From: a virus
Taxonomy: Duplodnaviria; Caudoviricetes
Length of the DNA stretch: 64,000 nt
IMG/VR virus record: IMGVR_UViG_3300036762_000065
Location: 64,001-128,000 of that record
Strand: one strand, 5' to 3'
Part shown: positions 29,303 to 39,900 of the stretch, piece after piece
How positions within the stretch are numbered: position 1 is the first letter of the stretch
How the letters are laid out: each line of letters starts with the position of its first letter
Program-made: the position numbers and the translations under genes
The notes under the pieces: model-generated
The model's database searches: none
Seen by the model: only the letters and a program-made list of their open reading frames with translations
What the model was told of the DNA's origin: nothing

Positions 29303-30771
29303 AATTTAGACCTCTTTCAAAAACAGTAGTTACTGAAATACGAAGTTTTGTTGTAGACTCTGTTTCTAAAATAGGTCTGTATAGACAAACTGTATCTGCT
29401 CCTATAGATTTAGCAAAACCGCTAGACGACAAAGATTTCAATATAAGTGCAACGGAGTTTCTTGATATTCAAGATGCCAGTGTACTACTAGCAATAAGTT
29501 GTCCGGAACCTATCCGTGCTATATTTACCGGCTCAGGTCCTGTTGTAATAACACCTCCTGTAGTTACCCCTATACAATACCACACAGCTACACTCACTAC
29601 AGAAAGTTTTGTTGAAGCAGGTAACCCTATTTCTGTAACAATATCTGATGTGGACCTAGAGCAAGTTGTCTCTTCTATCGGTGCTGTTGTTTATAACACA
29701 GATTCAGGCGAAACTGAGCATGTGGAGTGCTTTAGGCAAATAGACGGCACTTACACAGGCACACTAGACACAGTTAACAGTAGTGTTGTCGGCACAAACT
29801 TCGATAATTCTATGAGTTGTGTTTTAGGCCAAACGTTACATGTTATATATAGCGACCCGAAGAGTAGTGCAGGCGTAAGAGAGAACGTAACTAATATTGT
29901 TACTGTTCTAAGCCCTACAGAAACCGCAGTAATAGAAACAAGGGATTTCGTATCTATATCAAAACCTGTGCCTATCACTATACACGATAAAGACGCAACA
30001 TCACCGACTATACCTATATCTGTTCGCAATCTTATTACAGGTGAGCAAGAGATTTTGAACGCTTCGCTTATGGAAGCAGGAAAGTATACCGTAAGTTGTG
30101 CTACAAAAGTGTATAACGGAATATCGTTCGACAGTGTTGACGGTGCTCTTGGTGTTCTAATAGGTCATCAGATACAAATAGATTATACTGACACTAGAGA
30201 CATAAACAACTCTACTTCGGTTGTAAGTAAAATAGTTGATATTGTTGGAACTGTTACAGAGGTAGGTTCAATTGATGTGGCAACCACAGTAACCATTGAT
30301 ACTGCTCTTATGTTGACTATAAACGACTACGATCTTGTAGGACAACAGTTGAGCGTTACTGTAAGTAATATAGCCAGCGGCGAGTACGAGATAGTTACAC
30401 TTAATGAGACTGTATTCGGTAGTGGTGTGTTTAAAGGTAACTTGCCTGTAACAACACAAACTTCAGGAGCTAACTCAGACGGTGCTTTACTGGCAGCGGT
30501 AGGCAATAGACTACGTGTTGTGTACGTGGATGTCGGAGGTTCACTAACGACTGTGGAGAAGTTTGTAGACGTTGTTGATGTGGTTATTCCTGATGATCCT
30601 ACCCCGACTCCTGATCCTACCCCGACTCCTGAGCCGGAAACCGTAGAAGCTACAGGCACTATTGAGTTTTTAATAAACGGCTCGTTCTTCTTGAACGGCA
30701 CGTTCAACGGTACTATCCGCCTAGTAGGTTTAAATCAAGAACCAACACGTTGTAAGGTGATCTTGTCATAG
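29299..30771 (+). CDS. virion structural protein with three beta-sandwich repeats and a PT/PD linker
   Basis: Three copies of I.D.D...V.N..SGE.E...G.Y/F.G.L...G..L...Y.D; DPTPTPDPTPTPEP linker. Confidence 0.65.
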   Translation: MKFRPLSKTVVTEIRSFVVDSVSKIGLYRQTVSAPIDLAKPLDDKDFNISATEFLDIQDASVLLAISCPEPIRAIFTGSGPVVITPPVVTPIQYHTATLTTESFVEAGNPISVTISDVDLEQVVSSIGAVVYNTDSGETEHVECFRQIDGTYTGTLDTVNSSVVGTNFDNSMSCVLGQTLHVIYSDPKSSAGVRENVTNIVTVLSPTETAVIETRDFVSISKPVPITIHDKDATSPTIPISVRNLITGEQEILNASLMEAGKYTVSCATKVYNGISFDSVDGALGVLIGHQIQIDYTDTRDINNSTSVVSKIVDIVGTVTEVGSIDVATTVTIDTALMLTINDYDLVGQQLSVTVSNIASGEYEIVTLNETVFGSGVFKGNLPVTTQTSGANSDGALLAAVGNRLRVVYVDVGGSLTTVEKFVDVVDVVIPDDPTPTPDPTPTPEPETVEATGTIEFLINGSFFLNGTFNGTIRLVGLNQEPTRCKVILS

Positions 30772-30780
30772 GATAATGTT

Positions 30781-32340
30781 ATGATTAAAATATGGATTTC
30801 TCTGTCAAAAAACATCTACAACCAAGATGAGATAGGCCAACAAATAACTGACTTACAAGCAAGGACTACCAACCAACGTGTTAAAACATGGTTGAAGAGC
30901 AATCTTCGCAAGTATCTTTTAAATGAGTACGAACACACAAAACCTGTCCGTCGTGGAAAAGCAAACGATCCTGAATGGGTAAATAGTGCTATCCAAAAGA
31001 AAGACCTGTTTAAGATTGACTTTAAGTCGCGTCAATGGTCTGCCTTCCGTATGGACCTAGAGCACGCCATTTCTTATCTTGAAACAGTACGTGACCCATC
31101 ACGAGTATCAGTACCTCTTGCTATCAAAGGAGGCGTTGACTTACTCGAACAGGAAAATAAAAAAGCCTCTTCCGATGAAGACCTAGAAGGAATAGAAGTA
31201 CTCCATAAGTTTCCTGATGGTTATACCTTTGTTAATGTTGTTTCCAAACAAGCACTACAGCGAGAAGGAAAGTTGATGCAACATTGTGTAGGCCAAGAAC
31301 AACAAGCATACATAAGAAATGTAGCCAAAGGAACATTACAAATATGGAGTTTAAGAGACAAGAGTAATAATCCGCACTGTACTATAGAATACATACCTAA
31401 GACAAAGAAAATAAATCAGATTAAAGGGAAGCAGAATAACGGCGTAGTTAGCAAGTACGTTCCTTACGTTAAAAAAGTCTTGGAAATAGCTAAGAAAAAG
31501 AAGATGGTAACTGAAATAGAAGACCTTATTAATATAGGTATGGTTGAAGTTGAAGGCAATTGGTATGATATACATAACCTACCTCCTGGTTTAAAAGTAG
31601 AAGGTGATTTAGATTTAGAAGACTTACAAATTAAAGTATTACCGGAAGACTTGGAAGTAGGTGGTAGTTTAAATTTAGCAGGTACACAAATTACATCCTT
31701 ACCTGAAGACTTAAAAGTAGAAGGTGATTTAGATTTATCAGATTCAAAAATTACAGTCTTACCGGAAGACTTGGAAGTAGGTGGTAGTTTAGTCTTAAGA
31801 AATACACAAATTACATCCTTACCTAAAGGTTTAAAAGTAGGTGGTAATTTAGTCTTAAGAAATACACAAATTACATCCTTACCTGAAGGTTTAAATGTAG
31901 GTGGTAATTTAGATTTATCAGATTCAAAAATTACAGTCTTACCTAAAGGCTTAAATGTAGGTGGTAATTTAGATTTATCAGATTCAAGTATTACATCCTT
32001 ATCTGAAGGTTTAAAAGTAGGTGGTACCTTAGATTTAATAGGTACAAAAATTACATCCTTGCCTGAAGACTTAAATGTAGGAGGTAGTTTAGTCTTAAGC
32101 GATACAAAAATTACAGTCTTACCTAAAGGTTTAAATGTAGGTGGTAATTTATGGCTAAGAAATACACAAATTACATCCTTACCTGAAGACTTAAAAGTAG
32201 GTAGTAGCTTATCCTTAGAGGATACAGATATTACAGTCTTACCTAAAGGTTTAAAAGTAGGTGGTAATTTAGTCTTAAGAAATACACAAATTACATCCTT
32301 GCCTGAAGACTTAAAAGTAGATGGTAGAATAATTTCCTAA
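30781..32340 (+). CDS. PcfJ-like domain fused to a 20-aa leucine-rich repeat array, with MIKIWISLS leader
   Basis: L.REG.LMQHCVG, IWSLRD..N.PH.TIE and INQIKG.QN motifs; about 12.5 repeats of LP.(D/G)L.V.G.L.L....IT. Confidence 0.8.
   Translation: MIKIWISLSKNIYNQDEIGQQITDLQARTTNQRVKTWLKSNLRKYLLNEYEHTKPVRRGKANDPEWVNSAIQKKDLFKIDFKSRQWSAFRMDLEHAISYLETVRDPSRVSVPLAIKGGVDLLEQENKKASSDEDLEGIEVLHKFPDGYTFVNVVSKQALQREGKLMQHCVGQEQQAYIRNVAKGTLQIWSLRDKSNNPHCTIEYIPKTKKINQIKGKQNNGVVSKYVPYVKKVLEIAKKKKMVTEIEDLINIGMVEVEGNWYDIHNLPPGLKVEGDLDLEDLQIKVLPEDLEVGGSLNLAGTQITSLPEDLKVEGDLDLSDSKITVLPEDLEVGGSLVLRNTQITSLPKGLKVGGNLVLRNTQITSLPEGLNVGGNLDLSDSKITVLPKGLNVGGNLDLSDSSITSLSEGLKVGGTLDLIGTKITSLPEDLNVGGSLVLSDTKITVLPKGLNVGGNLWLRNTQITSLPEDLKVGSSLSLEDTDITVLPKGLKVGGNLVLRNTQITSLPEDLKVDGRIIS
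31575..32335 (+). repeat. 60-bp tandem repeat array (about 12.5 units) encoding LRRs
   Basis: tt(a/g)(a/g)a(a/t)gtag recurs every 60 nt from 31591 to 32311. Confidence 0.95.
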
Positions 32341-32464
32341 AGAATCTTAGCGTGTAGTCTAATATCTCATATAGATTCTAATTTACATAAAGAATGTACT
32401 GTTGCGTATCTCACCTTCGCAGTAGTCTACCGTATTTAAGGTGAGTTAATTTGGAGGTTGAAAT

Positions 32465-34057
32465 ATGCCGTTAAATAACGGAAATTCCAGCTCTGCTGGT
32501 GTGTACACAGGAGAACGTGACAACTCAGCCCGCGCTTCCGCGATTGCAACCTCTATAGGTGGTATCGTCGGTCCAAGCAATCGCGGACCTGTGGGTGTCC
32601 CTACACTAACAGTAGACAACGAAGACTTTAGAAACAAGTTCGGAGCACCTGATCCTACACTAACTTTCATGCACTTATGTGCAGAGGCCTTCTTACTAGA
32701 GAGTAGTAGACTAATGGTAACAAGAGTTGCAGTTAATGCAAAGCTTGGAGGCATCAAGGTAACTACTGTAAACAATTTCTCACAAACCAGTGCTGTGCAA
32801 GAAGGACTTGACAGTCCGGAAGATATTTTGTTCGATACTATGGATATTATGTATTTTTATGCAGAGAATCCGGGTAATTGGAACAATAATCTTCGCGTAG
32901 TTCTTTATCCGGATACGAACGATTTAACCGGTGATCAGTTTATTCTGAATATCTATGAAGGCACTAGCCAAGTTCCTGTCGAAACATATAAAGGCACAGT
33001 GTTCGATAAGCTTGACGGATACGGCAACCAATTGAGTATTGAAAATCAGTTGGCTGAAAACTCAGGTCGAGTTCGTGTTCTTATTAATGAAGGACACCCT
33101 TCTCTTGTAGCTAACCCTAAAGTAAATTTGATCAACGCGGTTACAAGCGGGAGCTTTACACTAGGCTCTAACGGAGATACTGTTACCAACAGTGATATCA
33201 TAGAAGCTTGGGATCTTTACGAAGACCCTGAAGAAGTTACTGTGAACATTCTAATTAATGCCGGATACACTGACCCTAGTGTACAGTTGAAGATGGCAGA
33301 AATCTGCGAACAACGAGATGATTGTTTTGCTGTGTTGGATATGCCTAGTGACCAACAGGAATCACAAGCTGCTATCAATTACAGACGCAACACCCTTAAC
33401 TTAAACAGTAGTTATGCCGCAATCTATTCGCCTGATCTTAAGGTTAGAGACACTGCAAATTCTAGGGATATATACATTCCTCCTTCAGGGCACGTTGCTG
33501 CTGCTTATGCTCGTACAGATAATGTTGCCGCATCTTGGTTTGCACCTGCAGGTCTTAACAGAGGCCAACTTGACGTACTTGGCGTTAAGCATATTTATAA
33601 ACAAGGACATAGAGATGCGTTTGATGATAATCAAATAAATCCTGTTCGATTTATGAGTGGCCACGGCATAGTTATTTGGGGACAAGAGACATTACAAGCA
33701 CACAAAAGTGCCATGTCGAATATCAACGTGCGCCGACTTCTTATGTTGTTGAAGAATAGTATACGAAACGGAGTTGAGATTGGTGTTTACGAACCTCATG
33801 ATGAATTCTTAAGAGTCCAATTGCGTACAATAGCAGAGAACTTTTTGAATCCTATTAAACGTGGTCGAGGGTTATATTGGTTTGAAGTTATCTGTAGCGA
33901 TAAGAATAACACTCCGGAAACAATTGCAGCAGGCGATGTTATGCTCGATGTGTATCTGGACCCTGTACTTCCAGCTAAACGAATTCACTTGAATGCTATT
34001 GTACCTAAAACTGGCCAAATCAAATTCGCCCAAGAATTAATTAACTCAGAAGGTTAA
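32465..34057 (+). CDS. tail sheath protein
   Basis: SAGVY..E.D, GPVG.P, A.NPG.W.N, SSYAAIY.P, PPSGHVAA..AR.D, WFAPAGLNRG, INPV, WGQ.TL, INVRRL. Confidence 0.95.
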   Translation: MPLNNGNSSSAGVYTGERDNSARASAIATSIGGIVGPSNRGPVGVPTLTVDNEDFRNKFGAPDPTLTFMHLCAEAFLLESSRLMVTRVAVNAKLGGIKVTTVNNFSQTSAVQEGLDSPEDILFDTMDIMYFYAENPGNWNNNLRVVLYPDTNDLTGDQFILNIYEGTSQVPVETYKGTVFDKLDGYGNQLSIENQLAENSGRVRVLINEGHPSLVANPKVNLINAVTSGSFTLGSNGDTVTNSDIIEAWDLYEDPEEVTVNILINAGYTDPSVQLKMAEICEQRDDCFAVLDMPSDQQESQAAINYRRNTLNLNSSYAAIYSPDLKVRDTANSRDIYIPPSGHVAAAYARTDNVAASWFAPAGLNRGQLDVLGVKHIYKQGHRDAFDDNQINPVRFMSGHGIVIWGQETLQAHKSAMSNINVRRLLMLLKNSIRNGVEIGVYEPHDEFLRVQLRTIAENFLNPIKRGRGLYWFEVICSDKNNTPETIAAGDVMLDVYLDPVLPAKRIHLNAIVPKTGQIKFAQELINSEG

Positions 34058-34069
34058 TCGGAGACTACT

Positions 34070-34606
34070 ATGCCAAAACCAACGTTAGATAATGTCCTTG
34101 ATGTAAAGGACCCAATGCTTAATGATAACTATGAGATTATTTTTCCTAAGATTCCGGGCGGAAGTAATCAACGAGCGTTGCATATTCAATGCAAAACTGC
34201 TATCAAGCCTGGTACTACACTAGCTGAAATCGAAATTGAATTGTTCGGTCATAAGGTAATGCATGCCGCACGAAGAACTTGGAGCAACGAAATGTCGCTT
34301 GAGTTCATCGAAGACAGAGACGGTACTATTACACACGAGTTGGAATTGTGGGCAGAGGAAATCCGTGCGCGTACTTCCCAACACGGTCAGTTCAAAGCAG
34401 ATTATGCTGTTGATGCTCAATTCAACATCTACGATCAGAACGGTAAGAAAGCTATGGAGTATAAGATTACAGGTTGCTGGCCTTCCCAGGTTCCTGACTT
34501 GTCTTTCGACGGCTCTGGAGGTTCTGCACAGACTCTCGGTGCATCGTTTAAGTTTGACCACGTAGAACGTATTGATAAGAAGCAAAGCGGCACGTTTGCA
34601 TCTTAA
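34070..34606 (+). CDS. tail tube protein (T4 gp19-like)
   Basis: Follows the sheath gene; PG......E, F.E, Y...G.WP..V..L.FD pattern. Confidence 0.85.
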   Translation: MPKPTLDNVLDVKDPMLNDNYEIIFPKIPGGSNQRALHIQCKTAIKPGTTLAEIEIELFGHKVMHAARRTWSNEMSLEFIEDRDGTITHELELWAEEIRARTSQHGQFKADYAVDAQFNIYDQNGKKAMEYKITGCWPSQVPDLSFDGSGGSAQTLGASFKFDHVERIDKKQSGTFAS

Positions 34607-34629
34607 TATGTTGTTTAGTATATAAAGGG

Positions 34630-34664
34630 AGCCTGCCTTGGTCGACTAGGGCGGGCTTTTTTTT
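34630..34664 (+). terminator. intrinsic terminator
   Basis: agcctgcc...ggcgggct followed by a T tract. Confidence 0.85.
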
Positions 34665-34675
34665 GGGAGAATTGC

Positions 34676-35185
34676 GTGACTACAGTTTCATTAGATGACT
34701 TTATAACAATGACAACAGGGCCTGAGAATGAGCCTATGTTAGATTTCTATTGGATTTGTACTAAACTTCCAGGACACGATCCTAGATACGTAGAGAGTAT
34801 AAGTATGCCTTTTCCAAGCTTTTCTAAAAAAGAAGGTTTATTTGGAGCAGGTGCTTTTTCTTACTATCCCGGGTTCTCTGACATAAGTGCTTTTGACATA
34901 GTGCTATATGAAGATCAGCAATTGAGTACAGTAAAGTGGCTTAAACAGTGGTCCGAACGTATCCGGAACCCTAACACAGGTGCTTTCTATTTGCCAAGCT
35001 TCTACAAAGAAGATATAGAAGTAGAATTACAAAACACACAAGGTAAAGTAATTGCCCAAGCCATATTGAAGAATGTGTGGCCTACAGAAAAAGGCAATTG
35101 GGATTTAAAATATACAGGCACAGGCGAACGACTAAATGTGCATCAAAATTTCAGTATAGATAGTTTAGTGCTAAAGTTTTTATAA
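34676..35185 (+). CDS. tube-fold baseplate/tail tube initiator protein
   Basis: Paralogous pattern to the tube protein (YED...W...I...G.F...Y..D, NVWP, L.Y, F..D). Confidence 0.65.
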   Translation: MTTVSLDDFITMTTGPENEPMLDFYWICTKLPGHDPRYVESISMPFPSFSKKEGLFGAGAFSYYPGFSDISAFDIVLYEDQQLSTVKWLKQWSERIRNPNTGAFYLPSFYKEDIEVELQNTQGKVIAQAILKNVWPTEKGNWDLKYTGTGERLNVHQNFSIDSLVLKFL

Positions 35186-35201
35186 CACAAGAGGAATAAT
35201 A

Positions 35202-35987
35202 ATGTACACATTCGATGATAAGCAACTGCCTAGCAGATTAAGCAAGTACAATATAAAAGAATTAAATATGGATATGTTTAAGTTTAAACAGCTTTCTAAA
35301 CTATCCAGTGCAATGACAAATAAACACTTGGGCCAAATGGTAAGTGCGTTAGGTGACGTTGTTAAAAATATAGACGTTAATGAATTAACACAAGGAGACT
35401 TCTATTATTTATTGGCATACCAGCGTATATGTGCTTACAGTAAGCCTATCTACTGCCATTGGAAGTGTCGCGGTGATATGTACAAAGACATTGATACGAA
35501 TGCAATGTACACACCACACCAGATTGAATCTCTTGTTAAAGAATATGAAAGCGCGGATGCAGATGTAAAAGCAACGCTGCCGAATCCGGATGCGATTAAA
35601 ATTGAAACTCTTGTATGCGACCACAGTAATTCGTTGCCTATAGTTCTTGACGACCTTCAAATTGTTTTTCTCGAGGATATTGTTCTTGATGAACGTCTTG
35701 ACGTACCGCGTGCGAATACATTAGCCGATGCCAATGTGTTGAAGAACGATCCTGAATTAGGCCAGATAGTACCTGCTGCTATGTGGATAAAAGAAGGCAA
35801 TACACTTGCCGATAAGATAGAAGTACTTAAATCACAAAACGACTTGAAATTGTTTGAACTGGCGCTACTCGCATCTACTACTATACACCACGGTGTTAGA
35901 AATAGAGTAGATAAGAAATGTACGGTTTGCAATACGTTATCTACTCACATATTTGAGATTACTCCTTCAATATTTTTCTTGGTATAG
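35202..35987 (+). CDS. baseplate hub assembly/tail chaperone (T4 gp26-like), paralog 1
   Basis: LPS...Y, LT.GDF.YLL...R, HGV and CxxC; upstream of the tape measure gene. Confidence 0.6.
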   Translation: MYTFDDKQLPSRLSKYNIKELNMDMFKFKQLSKLSSAMTNKHLGQMVSALGDVVKNIDVNELTQGDFYYLLAYQRICAYSKPIYCHWKCRGDMYKDIDTNAMYTPHQIESLVKEYESADADVKATLPNPDAIKIETLVCDHSNSLPIVLDDLQIVFLEDIVLDERLDVPRANTLADANVLKNDPELGQIVPAAMWIKEGNTLADKIEVLKSQNDLKLFELALLASTTIHHGVRNRVDKKCTVCNTLSTHIFEITPSIFFLV

Positions 35988-35991
35988 TGTC

Positions 35992-36990
35992 ATGGAAATA
36001 CCTAAAGAGATAATCAACGATGCTAGGTATCTCGACATAGGTGATTTACCTACAGGTTACGCACCTTACAAAGAACTTGGATTGAAGCAGATATATTTAA
36101 GACCGTTCGTTGTAAAAGAGTTACCTCTGATACACTTAGGTTCTAAAGCTAAAGTGGGAGGTCTTTCAAGCATACTACGTGCTGTTAATATGGTAGCCTC
36201 TTGTGACATATACTGTTTAACTGACGGGGATTTTGAATTCCTACTCGCTTGGCTTAGACGTAACTCATACCCTACAAGTCCTATGTTAGTATCGTGGATA
36301 TGCAAAAAGACAAACGTTGTCGAAAAGGAAACAAGGAAGTTTATTCTTGAGCAAGAAGCTAAGTATTTAACTGAAACGGATATGCGTATACATAACTACG
36401 AGTATGAACTTTGTGATGCTGAAAACAGTACCATTGTTCATAATGCCAAAGTTCTTGTAGATACGTTAGACGATGATTGCCTTTATATTAAGTACGATGA
36501 TATAGATTTTGCTAGGGTAAATACTTTAGTTGAGTATGATACCCTAATAGAATCCGATCCTAGTATATCAAAAGTTGCGGACCTAGCGCGTTGGGTAAAG
36601 GCAGGCAATACACTAGCAGAAAAAATAGAAATACTTGAAAGTTCTGATATTGATTTGTATGAACGGATTGTAGAAACACAAAACATGTTTAAACACGGTA
36701 TTCGTGAATCAATGTCTATGCAATGCAGGGTGTGCCGCAACAAGGTAGAGCATACATCTAAGCCTAATTTAAGATCGTTCTTTTCTGACAACACAGAAAC
36801 AGACATATACAACATACAGTATGGACTTATGTCTGAATTTGGAGTTGCTCCTGATGATGATATGCCTATAAAGAAACTATTGTATCACCACAGTTGTTTG
36901 GCCAAAGATAAACAAGATGAGAAAGAACGCAATGCTCAACAAGCGGCTGCAAATAAAGTACGTAGACCTACCTATAACCATAATAGGTGA
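35992..36990 (+). CDS. baseplate hub assembly/tail chaperone, paralog 2
   Basis: LPT...Y, RPF.VKE, LT.GDFEFLL..LR, W.K.GNTLA.KIE.L shared with paralog 1, HGI and CRVC. Confidence 0.6.
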   Translation: MEIPKEIINDARYLDIGDLPTGYAPYKELGLKQIYLRPFVVKELPLIHLGSKAKVGGLSSILRAVNMVASCDIYCLTDGDFEFLLAWLRRNSYPTSPMLVSWICKKTNVVEKETRKFILEQEAKYLTETDMRIHNYEYELCDAENSTIVHNAKVLVDTLDDDCLYIKYDDIDFARVNTLVEYDTLIESDPSISKVADLARWVKAGNTLAEKIEILESSDIDLYERIVETQNMFKHGIRESMSMQCRVCRNKVEHTSKPNLRSFFSDNTETDIYNIQYGLMSEFGVAPDDDMPIKKLLYHHSCLAKDKQDEKERNAQQAAANKVRRPTYNHNR

Positions 36991-36995
36991 TTACA

Positions 36996-39900
36996 ATGGC
37001 AAGTAACGATCACATTTTAGATGATATGAGGGAAATGGCTCAACGTTCGTATGCGGAACGTCAAGAAGCTCCTTCTATGATGCAGGATTCTGTACTAGGT
37101 TCCGAGCAATCAGGTCTACCTTTCGAGAAAAATAAGCTTGCGAAGTCCGTCCAAGAGGCTAATGCAGATAAACCTGACGTTGAGCAACAAACGGCCGGTG
37201 ATAAGCAAATTGTCAATTCCCAATACATGTCGGCTCAAGAGATTGTTAGTAATAACGACAATAACACCGACAATATCGTTAAAAATGCAGATCAAAATAA
37301 TGACCAGTTAGAATCTAAGTTTGATGATTTGAATAAATCGTTAGTCAGTGGATTTGATGCTGCTAAACAACGAGATGGAATGCAGCTAAAGGTTGCTGAA
37401 AAGCAACTTACTACCATGAAGTCCTTATATGATGAGATATATAGGGAAAACCATAAGATTGAGCCTACTATTCTCAAGTCAGAAGATAATTCATTGTCTT
37501 TGACTGAGATGCAAGCCAAGTTAGAGCAACAACGTAACGAAGAAAAACCTAGCATAGCAGGCATTATTGCAGACGTTGCAGGAGTTCTAGGAGGTGTAGG
37601 AGCAGGTGTGCTAGGAAGTCGTCTTGGAAGATCCCGACCTCCAGTTCCTCCCGGGCCGGGTCCGAGACCTCCAGTTCCTCCAGGCCCTGGTCCGAGACCT
37701 CCAGTTCCTCCAGGGCCCGGACCAAGACCTGTAGGAGGTGGTAAGTGGGGTAAAGCACTTACTGTTGTAAGTGGTGTACTCGGTAGTATGTACGTAATGG
37801 GTGCTCTTGACAATGACGACACGGTTGATGGTTACTTAAAAGGACAAGAAGATGATGTAGATGCCGATCTTACAAAGGCGTCTATGCTACAATCTGCTTA
37901 TAGCGGAAAAACTTCTTCTGAAGAATACACTGCTTACATACAATCGGCGGGACGTAACGAGGACCCATCAGGTATTAGTGCGATAGATGGACTTGCTATT
38001 GCTGGTACAGGATATATTGCGAAAAAAGCCCTTGATAAATTCGCACCTAATTCTACAGCAGGATTGAATGCTAGGCTTGATGCTGTATCAGAAAAAGCAA
38101 ATGCAATTAAAGCTAAGGCAGCGGAGAAAGCTGCTGCTGCAAGAGCCGCTGTTAATAATTCTGCTCCTGTACGTACAGCCACAAACGCTGCAAACTCTGT
38201 TAGAAATGCAGGTACTAGCGCACTAAACTATGCTAAAGGTTTGGGTTGGAAGGGAAAATTAGCTGCCGGTGTGTTAGGCGGTATCGGACTTTATAAAGGA
38301 ACTGAATATTTAAAAGAGTCTGCTATAGAACATAGAAAAAATTACGACTTAAACGATAGAGTAATTGATAAAGGTCGTGATAGCAGTATAGAGTATGGTG
38401 AAGAAACACGTGAGAATATACGTAGGCGAAAAGAAGGACTTCCTGAACTAATAGGACAAGAAGCTATTTCTTTTCGCAGCGGTATTACACTGCAAAATGG
38501 ATTTATGCCAGATCCTAGAACTGGGTATCCTTTAAAAGGTTTTTCAAGAGACTATCAAATAGCTAGGCTAATGACAGACCCTAGTGCGTTTGCTGCTATC
38601 CAAGGAGGGGCTACTGTAGATGAAGTGTTAGGAGGCAACGCACAGTTATATTTAGCTAAACAAGGGTTAGCCCCGACACCTACAAATACAAACAGTGCTT
38701 CTAATGTAGCGCGTAGTTTACTGTCTACTAATGTACCTAAGACAGAAGCTCAGATGTACAACGCACCTGAATCTGTAATTCATTCAAGTGCGGACTTTGA
38801 AGAGTATGATCCTAACTTACAAGTTGATGTTAGTCCTGTTGCACAACCTATACAAGCAGGTTTTGGTAATGTCGAAACTGTTGCACAGCCTGTACAAGCA
38901 GGTTTTGGTAATGTCGAAACTGCGGCAGCTTCTGTAGCTACGGCTGCTATCGTTGGCAAGTATATAAAAAGTAAGACTGCGCCTAGTGACGGAGGCACCG
39001 CTAGACCTAGAGTAGATACAGTTCGTCCAGACACTCGTTCAATAACTGATGTTGTTAAAAACAGTGTAACCAAATTAGCCGATGCCTCTGCTAATGTTGT
39101 AGAGTCTGTAAAGACAAGTCAACGGCTCGGCCCTATTGTACAGAATACCATTGCTCAAACTACTGCAATGGTACAGTCTATTAAGCCTATGTTGGCAACG
39201 GCTTCCGAAGTAAGTAAGTCTGTAGTAGATAACACAAAGAACGTAGTACAAAAAACAGGAGAAGTATTAAAGCCTGTTTCAAGCAAGATAGGATCAGCTA
39301 CAGATGTAGTTAAATCTAAGATGCCTAAAAATATGGGGCTAAAGGCCAACGCTGCACTTACTGTCGGGTTTGCCGGAGTCGAAGCATACGATATTATCAA
39401 CGATGAGACTTTAGACACTGCAACTAAAGCCAAAGAACTTGCTAAAGTAGGAGGAGGTACAGCAGGTAGTGTTGCAGGTGCTGCTGCCGGTGCTGCTGCC
39501 GGTGCGGCTGTTGTAGGCGAGATAGGTGCTGTTTTAGGATCGTTCTTCGGACCTGCCGGAACTGCTGTAGGAGGAGGAGTTGGTGCCACTCTCGGAGGTA
39601 TAGGCGGAGGTATATTTGGAGGCATGTACGGTTATGAAGCCGGTCAAGACATAACAGAAGTTATATCTACAGGGATATCTGATATGTTGGACAGCATGGG
39701 CATAGCTGATATGGTAGGACGCGCTGTTGCGATTCCGATGGCTATATTTTCAGAAGACGCAAGAGACGCATTAACCTCAGACTTCAATAATAACATACTT
39801 CCAAGTATTTCTGATTTAGGTAATTCTGTTGCTGATTTCTTCGGATGGACAGATGAGGCACAAAAAGAACTTCCAGATACAGATAAGTTGTCTACGCAGG

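Noticed and set aside
31575-32335. CRISPR array or DGR template/variable repeat
   Set aside because: The repeats are contiguous in-frame coding units with no unique spacers, the variation is not adenine-specific, and no cas or reverse transcriptase gene is in the window.
20970-32384. TAATTT as a late promoter (20970, 22988, 27763, 32379, also 44305)
   Set aside because: Suggestive upstream of structural operons but too short and AT-rich to support without enrichment statistics or TSS data.
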